Shown here piece by piece: positions 43,732 to 51,953 of a DNA stretch of 64,000 nucleotides. The notes below the pieces were generated by a model. It did no database searches, was not told the origin of the DNA, and saw only the letters and a program-made list of their open reading frames with translations. Position numbers and translations under genes: made by a program. Origin of the DNA: an uncultured Candidatus Binatia bacterium (lineage in GTDB: Bacteria > Desulfobacterota > Binatia > Bin18). How positions within the stretch are numbered: position 1 is the first letter of the stretch; each line of letters opens with the position of its first letter. The stretch spans positions 42,435 to 106,434 of the forward strand of contig CBDCPK010000002.1 in assembly GCA_965220195.1 (NCBI GenBank). Reading direction: 5' to 3'.

Positions 43732-43992
43732 CGGGGGCCGGCCGTGGTGGGCGATCCACGTCCGTACCCCAGGCGAGATCCACCCCATTACTTCAAGAAT
43801 CTGCGCATGATACGCGGTCAGATTCCGCGCAAAAATCGGCGCATGATGGGCGATCCGATTGCGCAATATCCGGAGGTCGTTCAGCGGCCCGTGTGCCTGC
43901 CCGCGGGTCAACGTTGCGCAATGCGCAAACACCTGGCGCAACGCGGGCCGCCACAGGGTCATCTCGTAGTTCGCCTTGCGGCCGGACTCCAG
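43732..43992 (-). pseudogene. Abi-like (Abi_2 family) C-terminal fragment
   Basis: Only ...LNDLRILRNRIAHHAPIFARNL...ILEVMGWISP... is protein-like. The rest of the 230-aa ORF is Arg/Pro/Gly junk. Confidence 0.45.
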
Positions 43993-44259
43993 CCGGCCAC
44001 CGGAGCCGCGGCGATGAATTCTGGTGGCCGCAGGGGCTCTTGGCCGCCGGTCTTGGCGTGTCGCGCCGGACGGGCGGCCGGTGGCTCCAGCAGTTCGAAC
44101 GCGAGGGGATCGTGGAGAGAAGATTGGCCAGCCATGGCCGGGCTCGTTTTCACTATGGGATTCGTCCGTATTTCCGCAAGCGGCCCGTCCCGCTCCGGAT
44201 GAATAATGGACACCAGTCGGCGCTTCGATGCCCCTTGAACTCAGAGCGGGCCTGGCAGG

Positions 44260-44660
44260 ATGAAACACTATATTTTTTTGGCGCTCCTGACCTTCACCGT
44301 TAGCCCGGCTTTCGTTCACCCCGGCCGCTCACGTGATCGAGCAGCCCCCGGCCGCTCCTGCTGCGGGCCTGAGCGGTGTCCCCCGCATCATAGATGCGGG
44401 GGACACCCTGGAAGTCGCTGGGCAGAAAGTGCGGTTACAGGGGATTGACGCACCCGAATCCGCACAAACCTGCCGCCACCCCGGCGGGCAGGGTGAACGT
44501 AAACGCCTGGCTCGTGCGCCACGGCTACGCGCTCGCCTATCGGCGCTATTCAACCAAGTATATCCCCGAGGAAGACCAGGCCAAGGCCGCCCCGGCCGGT
44601 ATCTGGGCCGGGGAGTTTGTGCCGCCGTGGGATTGGCGGCGGGGAAAACGGCTGCCCTAG
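44260..44660 (+). pseudogene. staphylococcal-nuclease-like (thermonuclease) gene, frameshifted with internal deletion
   Basis: Signal peptide in frame 1. IIDAGDTLEV.GQKVRLQGIDAPES in frame 2. VNAWLVRHGYALAYRRYS...GIWAGEFVPPWDWRR in frame 3. Confidence 0.7.
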
Positions 44661-44872
44661 GCGGGTGAACAGGACTTGCCGGAGTGGAACGGGAACACCT
44701 GGGCAAGGACAAGAAGAATCCTGTCAGCGATGCACCTCTGCCGAGTCGGGCGGGTGACTCACTCCCGCCAAAACCTCCGTCCCGCCTCCGGTTTTGTCAG
44801 TCGTTCAAACAACCAGTGCGGGGGCCTTTCTCCTCTACGGGGGAACCGGGCGCGGGGCGGGGCGGAGCAATG

Positions 44873-44922
44873 TTTTTTGCCCTGAAGGGCCGGGCTCTGG
44901 TGAGCCCTTCAGGCTCAAAAAA
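44873..44922 (+). repeat. AT-stem hairpin H2, copy 6
   Basis: ttttttgccctgaaggg / loop ..ctGGTGAG / cccttcaggctcaaaaaa, located 25 nt upstream of the 44947 pseudogene. Confidence 0.7.
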
Positions 44923-44946
44923 CGATGTTGGAGGAGGGAGAGCCCC

Positions 44947-45114
44947 ATGAGACAGCAGGAAGAACCGAACATCCAGGGCGGGGACCGAATGCGGCAAATG
45001 GAGCTGTCCGCGCAGACCCGGGACGCTGAATAGCAACGCAAATGGCTGATGGAGAAGCGCAAGCCAGCAAAGGGCCGGCGCAAGCGCGGGCCGGAAAGCC
45101 TGAAACTCTTCTAA
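44947..45114 (+). pseudogene. paralog of the small basic protein at 59863, with an in-frame TAG
   Basis: MRQQEEPNIQGGDRMRQMELSAQTRDAE, stop, QRKWLMEKRKPAKGRRKRGPESLKLF. CAG in the 59863 copy is TAG here. It is followed by a remnant of the 60465 gene start (MPSTVIGVYAD), cut off by the kef 3' end. Confidence 0.6.
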
Positions 45115-45205
45115 GAGCACACCGCATGGATGGAGGCGGGAGAGCCATGCCCTCTACCGTCATCGGCGTGTACGCAGACCATAGTGAGCCACCTGTGCGC
45201 CCGGT

Positions 45206-46843
45206 TCAATCTGGATGGCGCTCGCCGCCCGTCTGGGGCGGGCCGCGTCGCGCCGTCCGCGCGGCCACATCGGCGGCAAATCCCGCCCCCGCCTCCGCCA
45301 AGACATTGAAGACGATGGAGGCCCCGGCCTGTTCCAGCGCCTCCCCCTCATCGGGAAACCGGACGGCCGCCGCGATCTGCCCGTCGAACGCGGCGGCCGT
45401 GATCTGGGCGAGCACGGCATGGGTGGCGGTGAGATGCGGCAGCGCCAGCAGCACGAGCGTGAGGGTGTGGGTGGTCTGCACGCGCTCCCAGAAGTCCGCC
45501 TCGCCGGGATCGCCCAGCACCACGTGGCGGCCGGCGGCCCGCTGGCGGTGCACCGTGTCCGGGTCGTGGTCTATGCCGATGACGGTCCCGCCGTGCAGCG
45601 GCTGCAGATGGTCGTAGGCGGCGGTGCCGAGGCGGCCCATGCCGATGATGGCGATGGTCGCGCCGCCGATATCGAGCGGTTGGTCGTCGGGGAGGCGGGC
45701 GGGGCGTTCCAGGCCCGTCCACGTCGGGCGGTGCCGGTCATAGAGGCGTTGGGCGGCGTCGTTCAGCACGGCGGCAAGGGTAAACGACAGTGCCAGCGCG
45801 ATGGCGAACACGATCAGCCAGTGGGCCTCAAGCCAGCCGCCCGCCACCCCGGCGGCCCCCACGATGAGCCCGAACTCGCTGTAGTTGGTCAGGTTGAGCG
45901 ACGCGAACAAGGCGGTTCGCGCCCGCAGCTTGAATCCGACGAACAGCCCGAAGAAGAGCGCCGCCTTCACCAGGACGAACGGGGTCAGGGCCACGCCGGC
46001 CAGCACCGCCTCCAGCGTGAGCGGGCCGGACAGCCCGATGGACAGGAAGAAGCCGAGCAGGAACAGGTCCTTGAACCCGAGCATCGTCTTGGCCAGCTCG
46101 TCCGCCTTCTCGTGGCTGGCGACGAGCACGCCGAGGATGAGCGCGCCCACGTCGCCCTTCAGCCCGACCAGCTCGAAGAGCTCTGCCCCACCCAGGGCGA
46201 GGAGCAGGGCATATAAGACCAGGAGTTCTCCGTGGCCCACCCACGCAAGGACGCGGGTCAGCAGCGGGCGCACCGGCAGGAGCAGCACCACCAGCAGCGC
46301 CCACGGGCTGGGCCACTGGCCCACTGAGGCCGCGAGAAAGAGGACCGCGACCACATCCTGCACGACGAGAATGCCGACCGCGATGCGCCCATGCAGCGCC
46401 GCGGTCTCCCCTTTCTCCTCCAGCACTTTCACGACGAAGACCGTGCTGGAAAAGCTCAAGGCGAAGGCGATCAACAGGGAGCGGGACAGGTCGAGACCAG
46501 AGAGCAAGGGGGTGCCCAGGAGCGCCAGCAGAGAGAGGGCGGGGCCGAAGAGCCCGACGACCAGCGCCATATGGAGGCCCGTGACGGCCCACACCTGCGG
46601 GCGGGCGAAGGTGCGCGGACTGAGCTTGAGGCCGACGGTGAACAGCAGCAGGGTGATGCCGAGGTCCGCCAGTTTTCGCAGCACGTCCCCACTGGTGACG
46701 CCCCAGAGGTTGAGCGCGAACCCGGCGGCGAGGAAGCCGACCAAGGGCGGCAGCCCGACGGTCCGGGCGACCAGGCCCAGGCCGAACGCCACGGCGATCC
46801 AGGTCACGTCTCCCAGGGCGATGGCGAGTAGCGTGAAGTCCAT
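45206..46843 (-). CDS. Kef-type cation:proton antiporter (CPA2) with C-terminal TrkA-N/RCK domain
   Basis: About 12 TM helices, then the Rossmann motif IAIIGMGRLGTAAYDHL. Confidence 0.9.
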   Translation of the reverse strand: MDFTLLAIALGDVTWIAVAFGLGLVARTVGLPPLVGFLAAGFALNLWGVTSGDVLRKLADLGITLLLFTVGLKLSPRTFARPQVWAVTGLHMALVVGLFGPALSLLALLGTPLLSGLDLSRSLLIAFALSFSSTVFVVKVLEEKGETAALHGRIAVGILVVQDVVAVLFLAASVGQWPSPWALLVVLLLPVRPLLTRVLAWVGHGELLVLYALLLALGGAELFELVGLKGDVGALILGVLVASHEKADELAKTMLGFKDLFLLGFFLSIGLSGPLTLEAVLAGVALTPFVLVKAALFFGLFVGFKLRARTALFASLNLTNYSEFGLIVGAAGVAGGWLEAHWLIVFAIALALSFTLAAVLNDAAQRLYDRHRPTWTGLERPARLPDDQPLDIGGATIAIIGMGRLGTAAYDHLQPLHGGTVIGIDHDPDTVHRQRAAGRHVVLGDPGEADFWERVQTTHTLTLVLLALPHLTATHAVLAQITAAAFDGQIAAAVRFPDEGEALEQAGASIVFNVLAEAGAGFAADVAARTARRGPPQTGGERHPD

Positions 46844-47014
46844 GGCGTGGTTGGGAGGCAGGACGGGCGCGTCATTTGACGGAAGCGGAAGATGCAGGCT
46901 GGACGGTTGTCTTCCTCCGGCATCCGACTCTGTCCATCAACTAGAGGATGACAGGGAAGCAATCAAGAGGGGGGTTGCCCTCTTCCGCCTCAATCCAGGC
47001 CAATTGACCTGGGC

Positions 47015-47030
47015 GTTAATTATAATTAAC
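47015..47030. promoter_or_regulatory. perfect 16-bp palindrome GTTAATTATAATTAAC with embedded TATAAT, 9 nt upstream of the toxin GTG
   Basis: Read directly from the sequence. This is the typical position for a TA autoregulatory operator/promoter. Confidence 0.5.
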
Positions 47031-47038
47031 CTATCCAG

Positions 47039-47356
47039 GTGGAATATGGGACCCGCACGCTTGAATTGGCTGACGGCAGAGTTCCCTTTGAAGAATGGCT
47101 GAACGGCCTTCGCAACCCGAGCACGAAGGCGCGCATCCTTGCCGCGGTCAGCAAGATGTCGGGCGGGAACTTCGGCGGCGCAAAGTCTCTTAAAGGAGTC
47201 CCGGCATTGTTTGAGTATCGCATCGACGTCGGTCCCGGGTACCGGATATATTACCGTGTCCGTGGTCGAACGGTCGTCTTACTGTGGGGCGGGACCAAGC
47301 GCACCCAAACGCGCGACATTGAACGAGCGCGCACTTTGGCACGGCTGCTGGACTAA
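47039..47356 (+). CDS. RelE/ParE-superfamily addiction module killer protein (HigB-like)
   Basis: ...ARILAAVSKMSGGNFGGAKSLKGV..LFEYRIDVGPGYRIYY......VVLLWGGTKRTQTRDIERA matches the killer-protein family pattern. GTG start. Confidence 0.85.
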   Translation: MEYGTRTLELADGRVPFEEWLNGLRNPSTKARILAAVSKMSGGNFGGAKSLKGVPALFEYRIDVGPGYRIYYRVRGRTVVLLWGGTKRTQTRDIERARTLARLLD

Positions 47357-47368
47357 GGAGGAGATAGA

Positions 47369-47668
47369 ATGGCAGGTGCAACGACGAGAGCATTTGATGT
47401 CGCCGCCCACCTCGGCAGCCCCGAGGAGATCGCCGCGTACTTGGACGCCGTTCTGGAAGAAGGAGATGACAAGCTCTTGCTGGTGGCGCTGCGCACTGTT
47501 GTCAAATCCAAGGGGTTTACCACGGTCGCCCAAGGAGCGGGGTTACGCCGCGAGACCTTGTACCAGTCCTTCTCGGCAGACGGGAATCCCCGGCTGTCCA
47601 CCTTGAGCGGGGTGCTCGGGCAGTTGGGCATGCGGCTCAGCGTGACCCCACAGGCGAAAAGCGCCTGA
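47369..47668 (+). CDS. addiction module antidote protein (HigA family)
   Basis: FDVAAHLGSPEEIAAYLDAVLEEGD...GFTTVAQGAGLRRETLYQSFS.DGNPRLSTL is the typical antidote HTH. Confidence 0.85.
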   Translation: MAGATTRAFDVAAHLGSPEEIAAYLDAVLEEGDDKLLLVALRTVVKSKGFTTVAQGAGLRRETLYQSFSADGNPRLSTLSGVLGQLGMRLSVTPQAKSA

Positions 47669-47758
47669 GCGGGTCCTGCTCCTTTTGGGGGTCTAGTGTG
47701 GGGGCTGGCCCACGGCACATAAACGCTGTTATGAGTCATAGGAAGCGGGGAGGGCAGG

Positions 47759-48751
47759 ATGGACACAGCGATAGCGAAAGCCGCCCCGGCCGGGGGGACA
47801 GTCCCGGCCCGGATTGCGGCCGGCGTGACGCCGGCGCTCTTTGCCGAGACGCGCCAGGGCGCACAGCGGTTTTGGGAGTTCTTTGGGGCCAATATCCGCA
47901 ATGCCAATACCCGGATGGCCTATGTCACGGCGGCCTACCGCTTCGCGGACTGGTGCGAGGGGCGGGCTCTCGCCTTGGGGCAGGTCGAGCCCCTGCATGT
48001 CGCCCGCTACATCGAGCAGCTCGGGCGGGCGTATGCGCCGGCCACGGTGAAGCAAAATCTGGCCGCCTTGCGCCAGCTCTTTGACTGGCTCGTCGTGGGC
48101 CAGGTCCTGCGCAGTAATCCGGCGGCCGCGGTGCGCGGGCCGAAACAGGTGGTGAAAACGGGGAAGACCCCCGTGTTGACGGCCGCCGAGACGCGCCGCT
48201 TGCTCGACAGTATCGACCCATCCACGTGCATAGGGTTGCGAGATCGCGCGCTGCTGAGCCTGATGGTGTACGGCTTTGCGCGGGTGAGCGCGGCGCTGGC
48301 GATGCGGGTGGCGGACTATTACACCCAGGGCAAGCGGTCCTACTTCCGGCTGCACGAGAAGGGCGGCAAGTATCTGGTCATTCCCGCGCATCATAGGGCG
48401 CAGGCCTGGACGGATGCATATATCGACCGGGCGGGGCTGGCGACCGACCCGAAAGGGCCGTTGTTTCCGTCGGCCGGCCGCCGGCGGGGGAGCGACCGCC
48501 TCACCAGGCGGGCGATGGACCGGACCGATGCGTTGAAGATGATTAAGCGGCGCGCGCAGCGGGCGGGCTTGCCGGCGGAGGTGTGCGCGCACAGCTTCCG
48601 GGGGACGGGCATTACCGAATATCTGCGGGCCGGGGGTACGCTGGAGACGGCGGCGCGGATTGCCGGGCATGAATCGACCCGCACGACGCAGCTCTACAAC
48701 CGCCTGCCGGACGAGGTCTCGCTGGATGAGATCGAGCGGATTCATATCTAG
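47759..48751 (+). CDS. tyrosine-type site-specific recombinase/integrase
   Basis: 330 aa. SAM-like N-domain, catalytic region with GLRDRALL, HSFRGTGIT and HESTRTTQLY. Full-length relative of the fragments at 17985 and 19548. Confidence 0.9.
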   Translation: MDTAIAKAAPAGGTVPARIAAGVTPALFAETRQGAQRFWEFFGANIRNANTRMAYVTAAYRFADWCEGRALALGQVEPLHVARYIEQLGRAYAPATVKQNLAALRQLFDWLVVGQVLRSNPAAAVRGPKQVVKTGKTPVLTAAETRRLLDSIDPSTCIGLRDRALLSLMVYGFARVSAALAMRVADYYTQGKRSYFRLHEKGGKYLVIPAHHRAQAWTDAYIDRAGLATDPKGPLFPSAGRRRGSDRLTRRAMDRTDALKMIKRRAQRAGLPAEVCAHSFRGTGITEYLRAGGTLETAARIAGHESTRTTQLYNRLPDEVSLDEIERIHI

Positions 48752-48761
48752 GGCGGGGAGC

Positions 48762-48944
48762 GGGAAGGTGGCGGGCAAGGCCCCGCGCCCTTTTTTTTCT
48801 GCCTGCCTGGCTCTTGCCAGTCTAGCAAAAAGAATCCACAGTCAAGGGTACACTCCGCTGCGCTCCGCCGCTTCGCGGCCCTGGACTGCGGAGCCGCTTT
48901 TTTTGCTTTCCGGGTGAGCACATTTCGGCCGGAAGGAGGACCGT
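48762..48944 (+). promoter_or_regulatory. leader element copy L1 between int and S6
   Basis: Hairpin GTCAAGGG(48841-48)/CCCTGGAC(48879-86). Competing stem GCTCCGC(48862-68)/GCGGAGC(48888-94) followed by T7 (48898-904). Stem CTTTCCGG(48906-13)/CCGGAAGG(48929-36) covers the SD. Confidence 0.55.
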
Positions 48945-49199
48945 ATGGAAACTGAAATCATCGCTATGTGGGCGCAGGTCTTCGCAACGCTCGTCGTGGG
49001 CTTGGTGCAATGCGGCCTCATTGCCTGGGGCTTGCGGCGCATGGGCATAGCTTCGGCCGAGCGCAACCGGCAACTGGACGCGATGGAGGCCACCCAACGC
49101 GAGCAGAGCCGTACGCAGGCGGAAGCGTTGGGCAAAATTGGGCAGGCCCTTGACCGGCAGGGCGAAGTCTTAGCCGAGCTGCTTCGGCGTACCGCCTAG
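48945..49199 (+). CDS. small single-pass membrane coiled-coil protein, family member S6
   Basis: 84 aa. MWAQVFATLVVGLVQCGLIAWGLRRMG, then ERNRQLD and the tail ALDRQGEVLAELLRRTA. Confidence 0.7.
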   Translation: METEIIAMWAQVFATLVVGLVQCGLIAWGLRRMGIASAERNRQLDAMEATQREQSRTQAEALGKIGQALDRQGEVLAELLRRTA

Positions 49200-49798
49200 C
49201 CCCTATCCCCAGCCGGGCGGGGTCGAGCCCGGCACAACCGTTTCCTGATAGCCCCGCGCGTAACCGAGCGGGGCGTTTAGCAAGGTCGGCGGAGCCGATT
49301 CTTTTACCCTCCAAACCTCCCTTGAGGGAGCGTTCAAGGGAGTCACTCTTTACCGATCTCCCCGGATTGCCCTGGCTACGACGCCAGCGCCCCCGGCTCA
49401 GTGGGACGAACCCACAGAGCCACCCAAGCCAGGAGCAGCGCCGGGAACCCCCCCCAGGACATGCCGCGCGGGTGGGCGGCTGGTGCCCAGGTCCGGCGGC
49501 CATCACGCCTGCCCCCGCCACCCCCGGCTTCGTGTCCAAAGCGACACCAAGCCACCCCCACGGGATACGTCCGCCCCCGCCCCCACCCACCAATGGACGG
49601 CGCGTCTCTCTCCGCTGGCGTGAGGTTGGACCCGCCAACCGCGTCAGGCAGAGCCTGTTACGGCTGCGAAATCAGGCGTCCGCCCGGACGAAGACCACGC
49701 CTCCCTGGCAACCCGCGCCAGGCAGAGCCTGTCACGCGTTGCACTGTCGGTCGGCCCGCAGACCGCCGCCGGCGCACGCGCCGTTCGGATGATTCCGA

Positions 49799-49839
49799 TT
49801 TTTTCCCGACTCCAGAGATGGGTGAGAGTCGGGAAAAAA
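49799..49839 (+). repeat. AT-stem hairpin H2, copy 1 (upstream of ssb)
   Basis: ttttttcccgact / ccagagatGGGTGAG / agtcgggaaaaaa. Confidence 0.75.
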
Positions 49840-49952
49840 TCTTGTGTTTTTGCTAGGGAAAGGAGGTGCAAGACAGCAGAAGTATTATCGAATCCTGGTC
49901 TTTGGTTTTGTCTCATCAACGGGCGTAAGCCCCCCAACAGAGGAGGTACGAC

Positions 49953-50336
49953 ATGGCAGCGCTGAATAAAGCGATGATTCTCGGGAATGTGGGCAACGAG
50001 CCGGAGGTCCGCCAGACACAGAGCGGACGGGCGGTGGCCAACTTTTCGGTAGCAACGACGGACGCGTGGGGTGAGGGAGAAGACCGCCAGGAGCGGACCG
50101 AATGGCATCAGGTGGTGGTGTGGGGGAAGCTGGCCGAGACCTGCGGACAGTATCTCACCAAGGGCCGCCAGGTCATGGTGGAAGGCCGGCTCCAGACGCG
50201 GAGCTATGAGGATCGAGACGGCAACAAACGGTCCGTGACCGAGATTATTGCCCAGCAGGTGCAGTTTCTCGGGGGGCGGAAGGAGAACGGTGCGGACGCC
50301 GGCGCCGGTACCCCGGCTGCCGATCTGGACTCCTAG
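49953..50336 (+). CDS. ssb: single-stranded DNA-binding protein
   Basis: LNKAMILGNVGNEPEVRQTQSGRAVANFSVAT...TEWHQVVVWGKLAE is the canonical OB fold. The short tail ends AADLDS, not the usual acidic DDDIPF-type tip. Confidence 0.95.
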   Translation: MAALNKAMILGNVGNEPEVRQTQSGRAVANFSVATTDAWGEGEDRQERTEWHQVVVWGKLAETCGQYLTKGRQVMVEGRLQTRSYEDRDGNKRSVTEIIAQQVQFLGGRKENGADAGAGTPAADLDS

Positions 50337-50418
50337 GACCAATAGGCAGGGCGCTGGCCCTGCCACCCCAGGCAGCGGCCAGGCCCACGACCTGGCCGCA
50401 TCGTCAAAGGAGGACGGT

Positions 50419-50781
50419 ATGAGCAACGTTGATCTCAAAGCTTTGGAAACCAGATGCCTACGGCGGGTGCAGGAGCAGGCGGCGCAGATCGAGATGAAGA
50501 CTCTTGAGGAACGGTGCGGGGCGATCTATGCCATCGCGCGCGACTGCGTCCCCGAGGAGGACGCCGAGCTGGTCTGGATTTTCGCCAATAACCTCATCGA
50601 ACTGGACACGACCGATTATGACGCACGGGAGGCCATGGAGGAGGACGACGGGATTCACCTGTCCCGCGGCATCCGCTACGCGCTCACCATGTACCTGTTC
50701 CACATCGCGGATGGCTGGATGACAAGCAGCCGTAGCGATAAATCTACCCTGGGCAGCCAGGCCCGCGCTTGGTCGCCCTGA
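50419..50781 (+). CDS. hypothetical protein
   Basis: 120 aa with RBS aaaggagga, directly downstream of ssb. Confidence 0.5.
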   Translation: MSNVDLKALETRCLRRVQEQAAQIEMKTLEERCGAIYAIARDCVPEEDAELVWIFANNLIELDTTDYDAREAMEEDDGIHLSRGIRYALTMYLFHIADGWMTSSRSDKSTLGSQARAWSP

Positions 50782-51007
50782 GCGAGCGCCCCACCACCCC
50801 GCCAGTGGGGCGCGTTGCCAGGGTCGGTAGCTCTTACTACTGCATCCCGCCGGCCCCACCCTCCCAGACCGAGAAACCAGGCCAAAACCGCCGGTTTTGG
50901 CCTTCACCCGCAAAAACCGACCTCTATACGGGGCCGTAGCGGCCCGTAATCGGCGCGGTCCATACTAAGGCCCTCACCAAAGAATAGGCACTTGCAGGCC
51001 TGCCTGA

Positions 51008-51265
51008 TGTCGTTTTTGCGAAATCGGCCGCAACCTGAACCAACTCAGCCGGACTGCCAACCAAGGCGGGGTGGTCAACGGGGCCGACGTGCGGCGGGTG
51101 ATTAACGCGGGCCTCGTGCAGATGGAGGCCGTCAAAGGGCGGTATGACCAGGCGCTCGAAACGATAGTCAAGCGCGCCGTGGTGCCGTTATCCCAAGAGG
51201 CAGGACTGACCCGGCGCGGGCCGGCTGGCCCGCGTGAGATCCCCGCGCCGAAAAAATCAGCCTGA
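51008..51265 (+). pseudogene. mobC: MobC-like relaxosome accessory protein, N-terminally truncated
   Basis: EIGRNLNQLSRTANQGG is the hallmark MobC motif. The open frame begins just after a TGA, has no start codon, and lacks the N-terminal half. Confidence 0.6.
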
Positions 51266-51584
51266 ATCCGAGACCAGGATGCGGTACGCCTATCAGCAAG
51301 ACAGTCTCGCCGGCTTAGAGGACGCCCGGCAGACCCTCTACCATGCCGGGGTGAAGGCATACCGGGCGGCGGAGCGGGAGGAAGGGGCGGAACGGGAGCG
51401 CTGAGGGACGGCGGCCAGAAGCTGACAGGGACCACCCGCTGTCAGTACGCCATCGGGCCGCAGGCGGGCAGGAAGATACCCTTCCGTGGTTCTTATCCCT
51501 CTGAGTTTCCTGGGTTGCAATTGAGAAGCTCTCGTAGGGGGATTGCTTATCGCTTCCTTTGACGTTACCTGATGCTTGACATCT

Positions 51585-51602
51585 TGTCTCAAATTTGAGA
51601 CA
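51585..51602. promoter_or_regulatory. perfect 18-bp palindrome TGTCTCAAATTTGAGACA next to TTGACA (51576-81), 10 nt upstream of the toxin ATG
   Basis: Read directly from the sequence. Likely the TA operator. Confidence 0.5.
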
Positions 51603-51611
51603 GTTCCAGCC

Positions 51612-51953
51612 ATGAAAGACGTGCGGTTCGTGGGCTCCTCTCTCGACGACCTGCGCGCCTTTCCAAAAGCCCCCAAACAGGACCTGGGCCGTCAGATCGA
51701 GCGGGTCCAGCGCGGACTCGACCCGCTGGACTGGAAGCCGATGACGCAGGTGGGCCGCGGGGTCCGTGAGATTCGGATTCGCGACAAGGACAACAATTAC
51801 CGTGGCATCTATGTGACAAACATCGGCGAGGCCGTCTACGTGCTGCATGTGTTTAGGAAACAATCGCAGAAGACGCCGGCGCGGGATATCGAGAAGGCGA
51901 AGTCCCGGCTGAAGGCGCTTCGAGCACAGTTACGCAAAGGAGAGCGTCCATGA
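51612..51953 (+). CDS. RelE/HigB-like toxin (phage Gp49-like family)
   Basis: VRFVGSSLDDLRAFP...REIRIRDKDNNYRGIYVTNIGEAVYVLHVFRKQSQKTPARDIEKA. Overlaps the downstream HTH gene by 4 nt. Confidence 0.8.
   Translation: MKDVRFVGSSLDDLRAFPKAPKQDLGRQIERVQRGLDPLDWKPMTQVGRGVREIRIRDKDNNYRGIYVTNIGEAVYVLHVFRKQSQKTPARDIEKAKSRLKALRAQLRKGERP

Noticed and set aside
43893-44303. 136-aa plus-strand ORF with an HTH-like stretch (LAAGLGVSRRTGGRWLQQFEREGIVERR)
   Set aside because: It may be a relic of a wHTH gene. However, it has no credible start or RBS, overlaps the Abi-like fragment on the other strand, and most of its length is junk-like. It is too uncertain to call.
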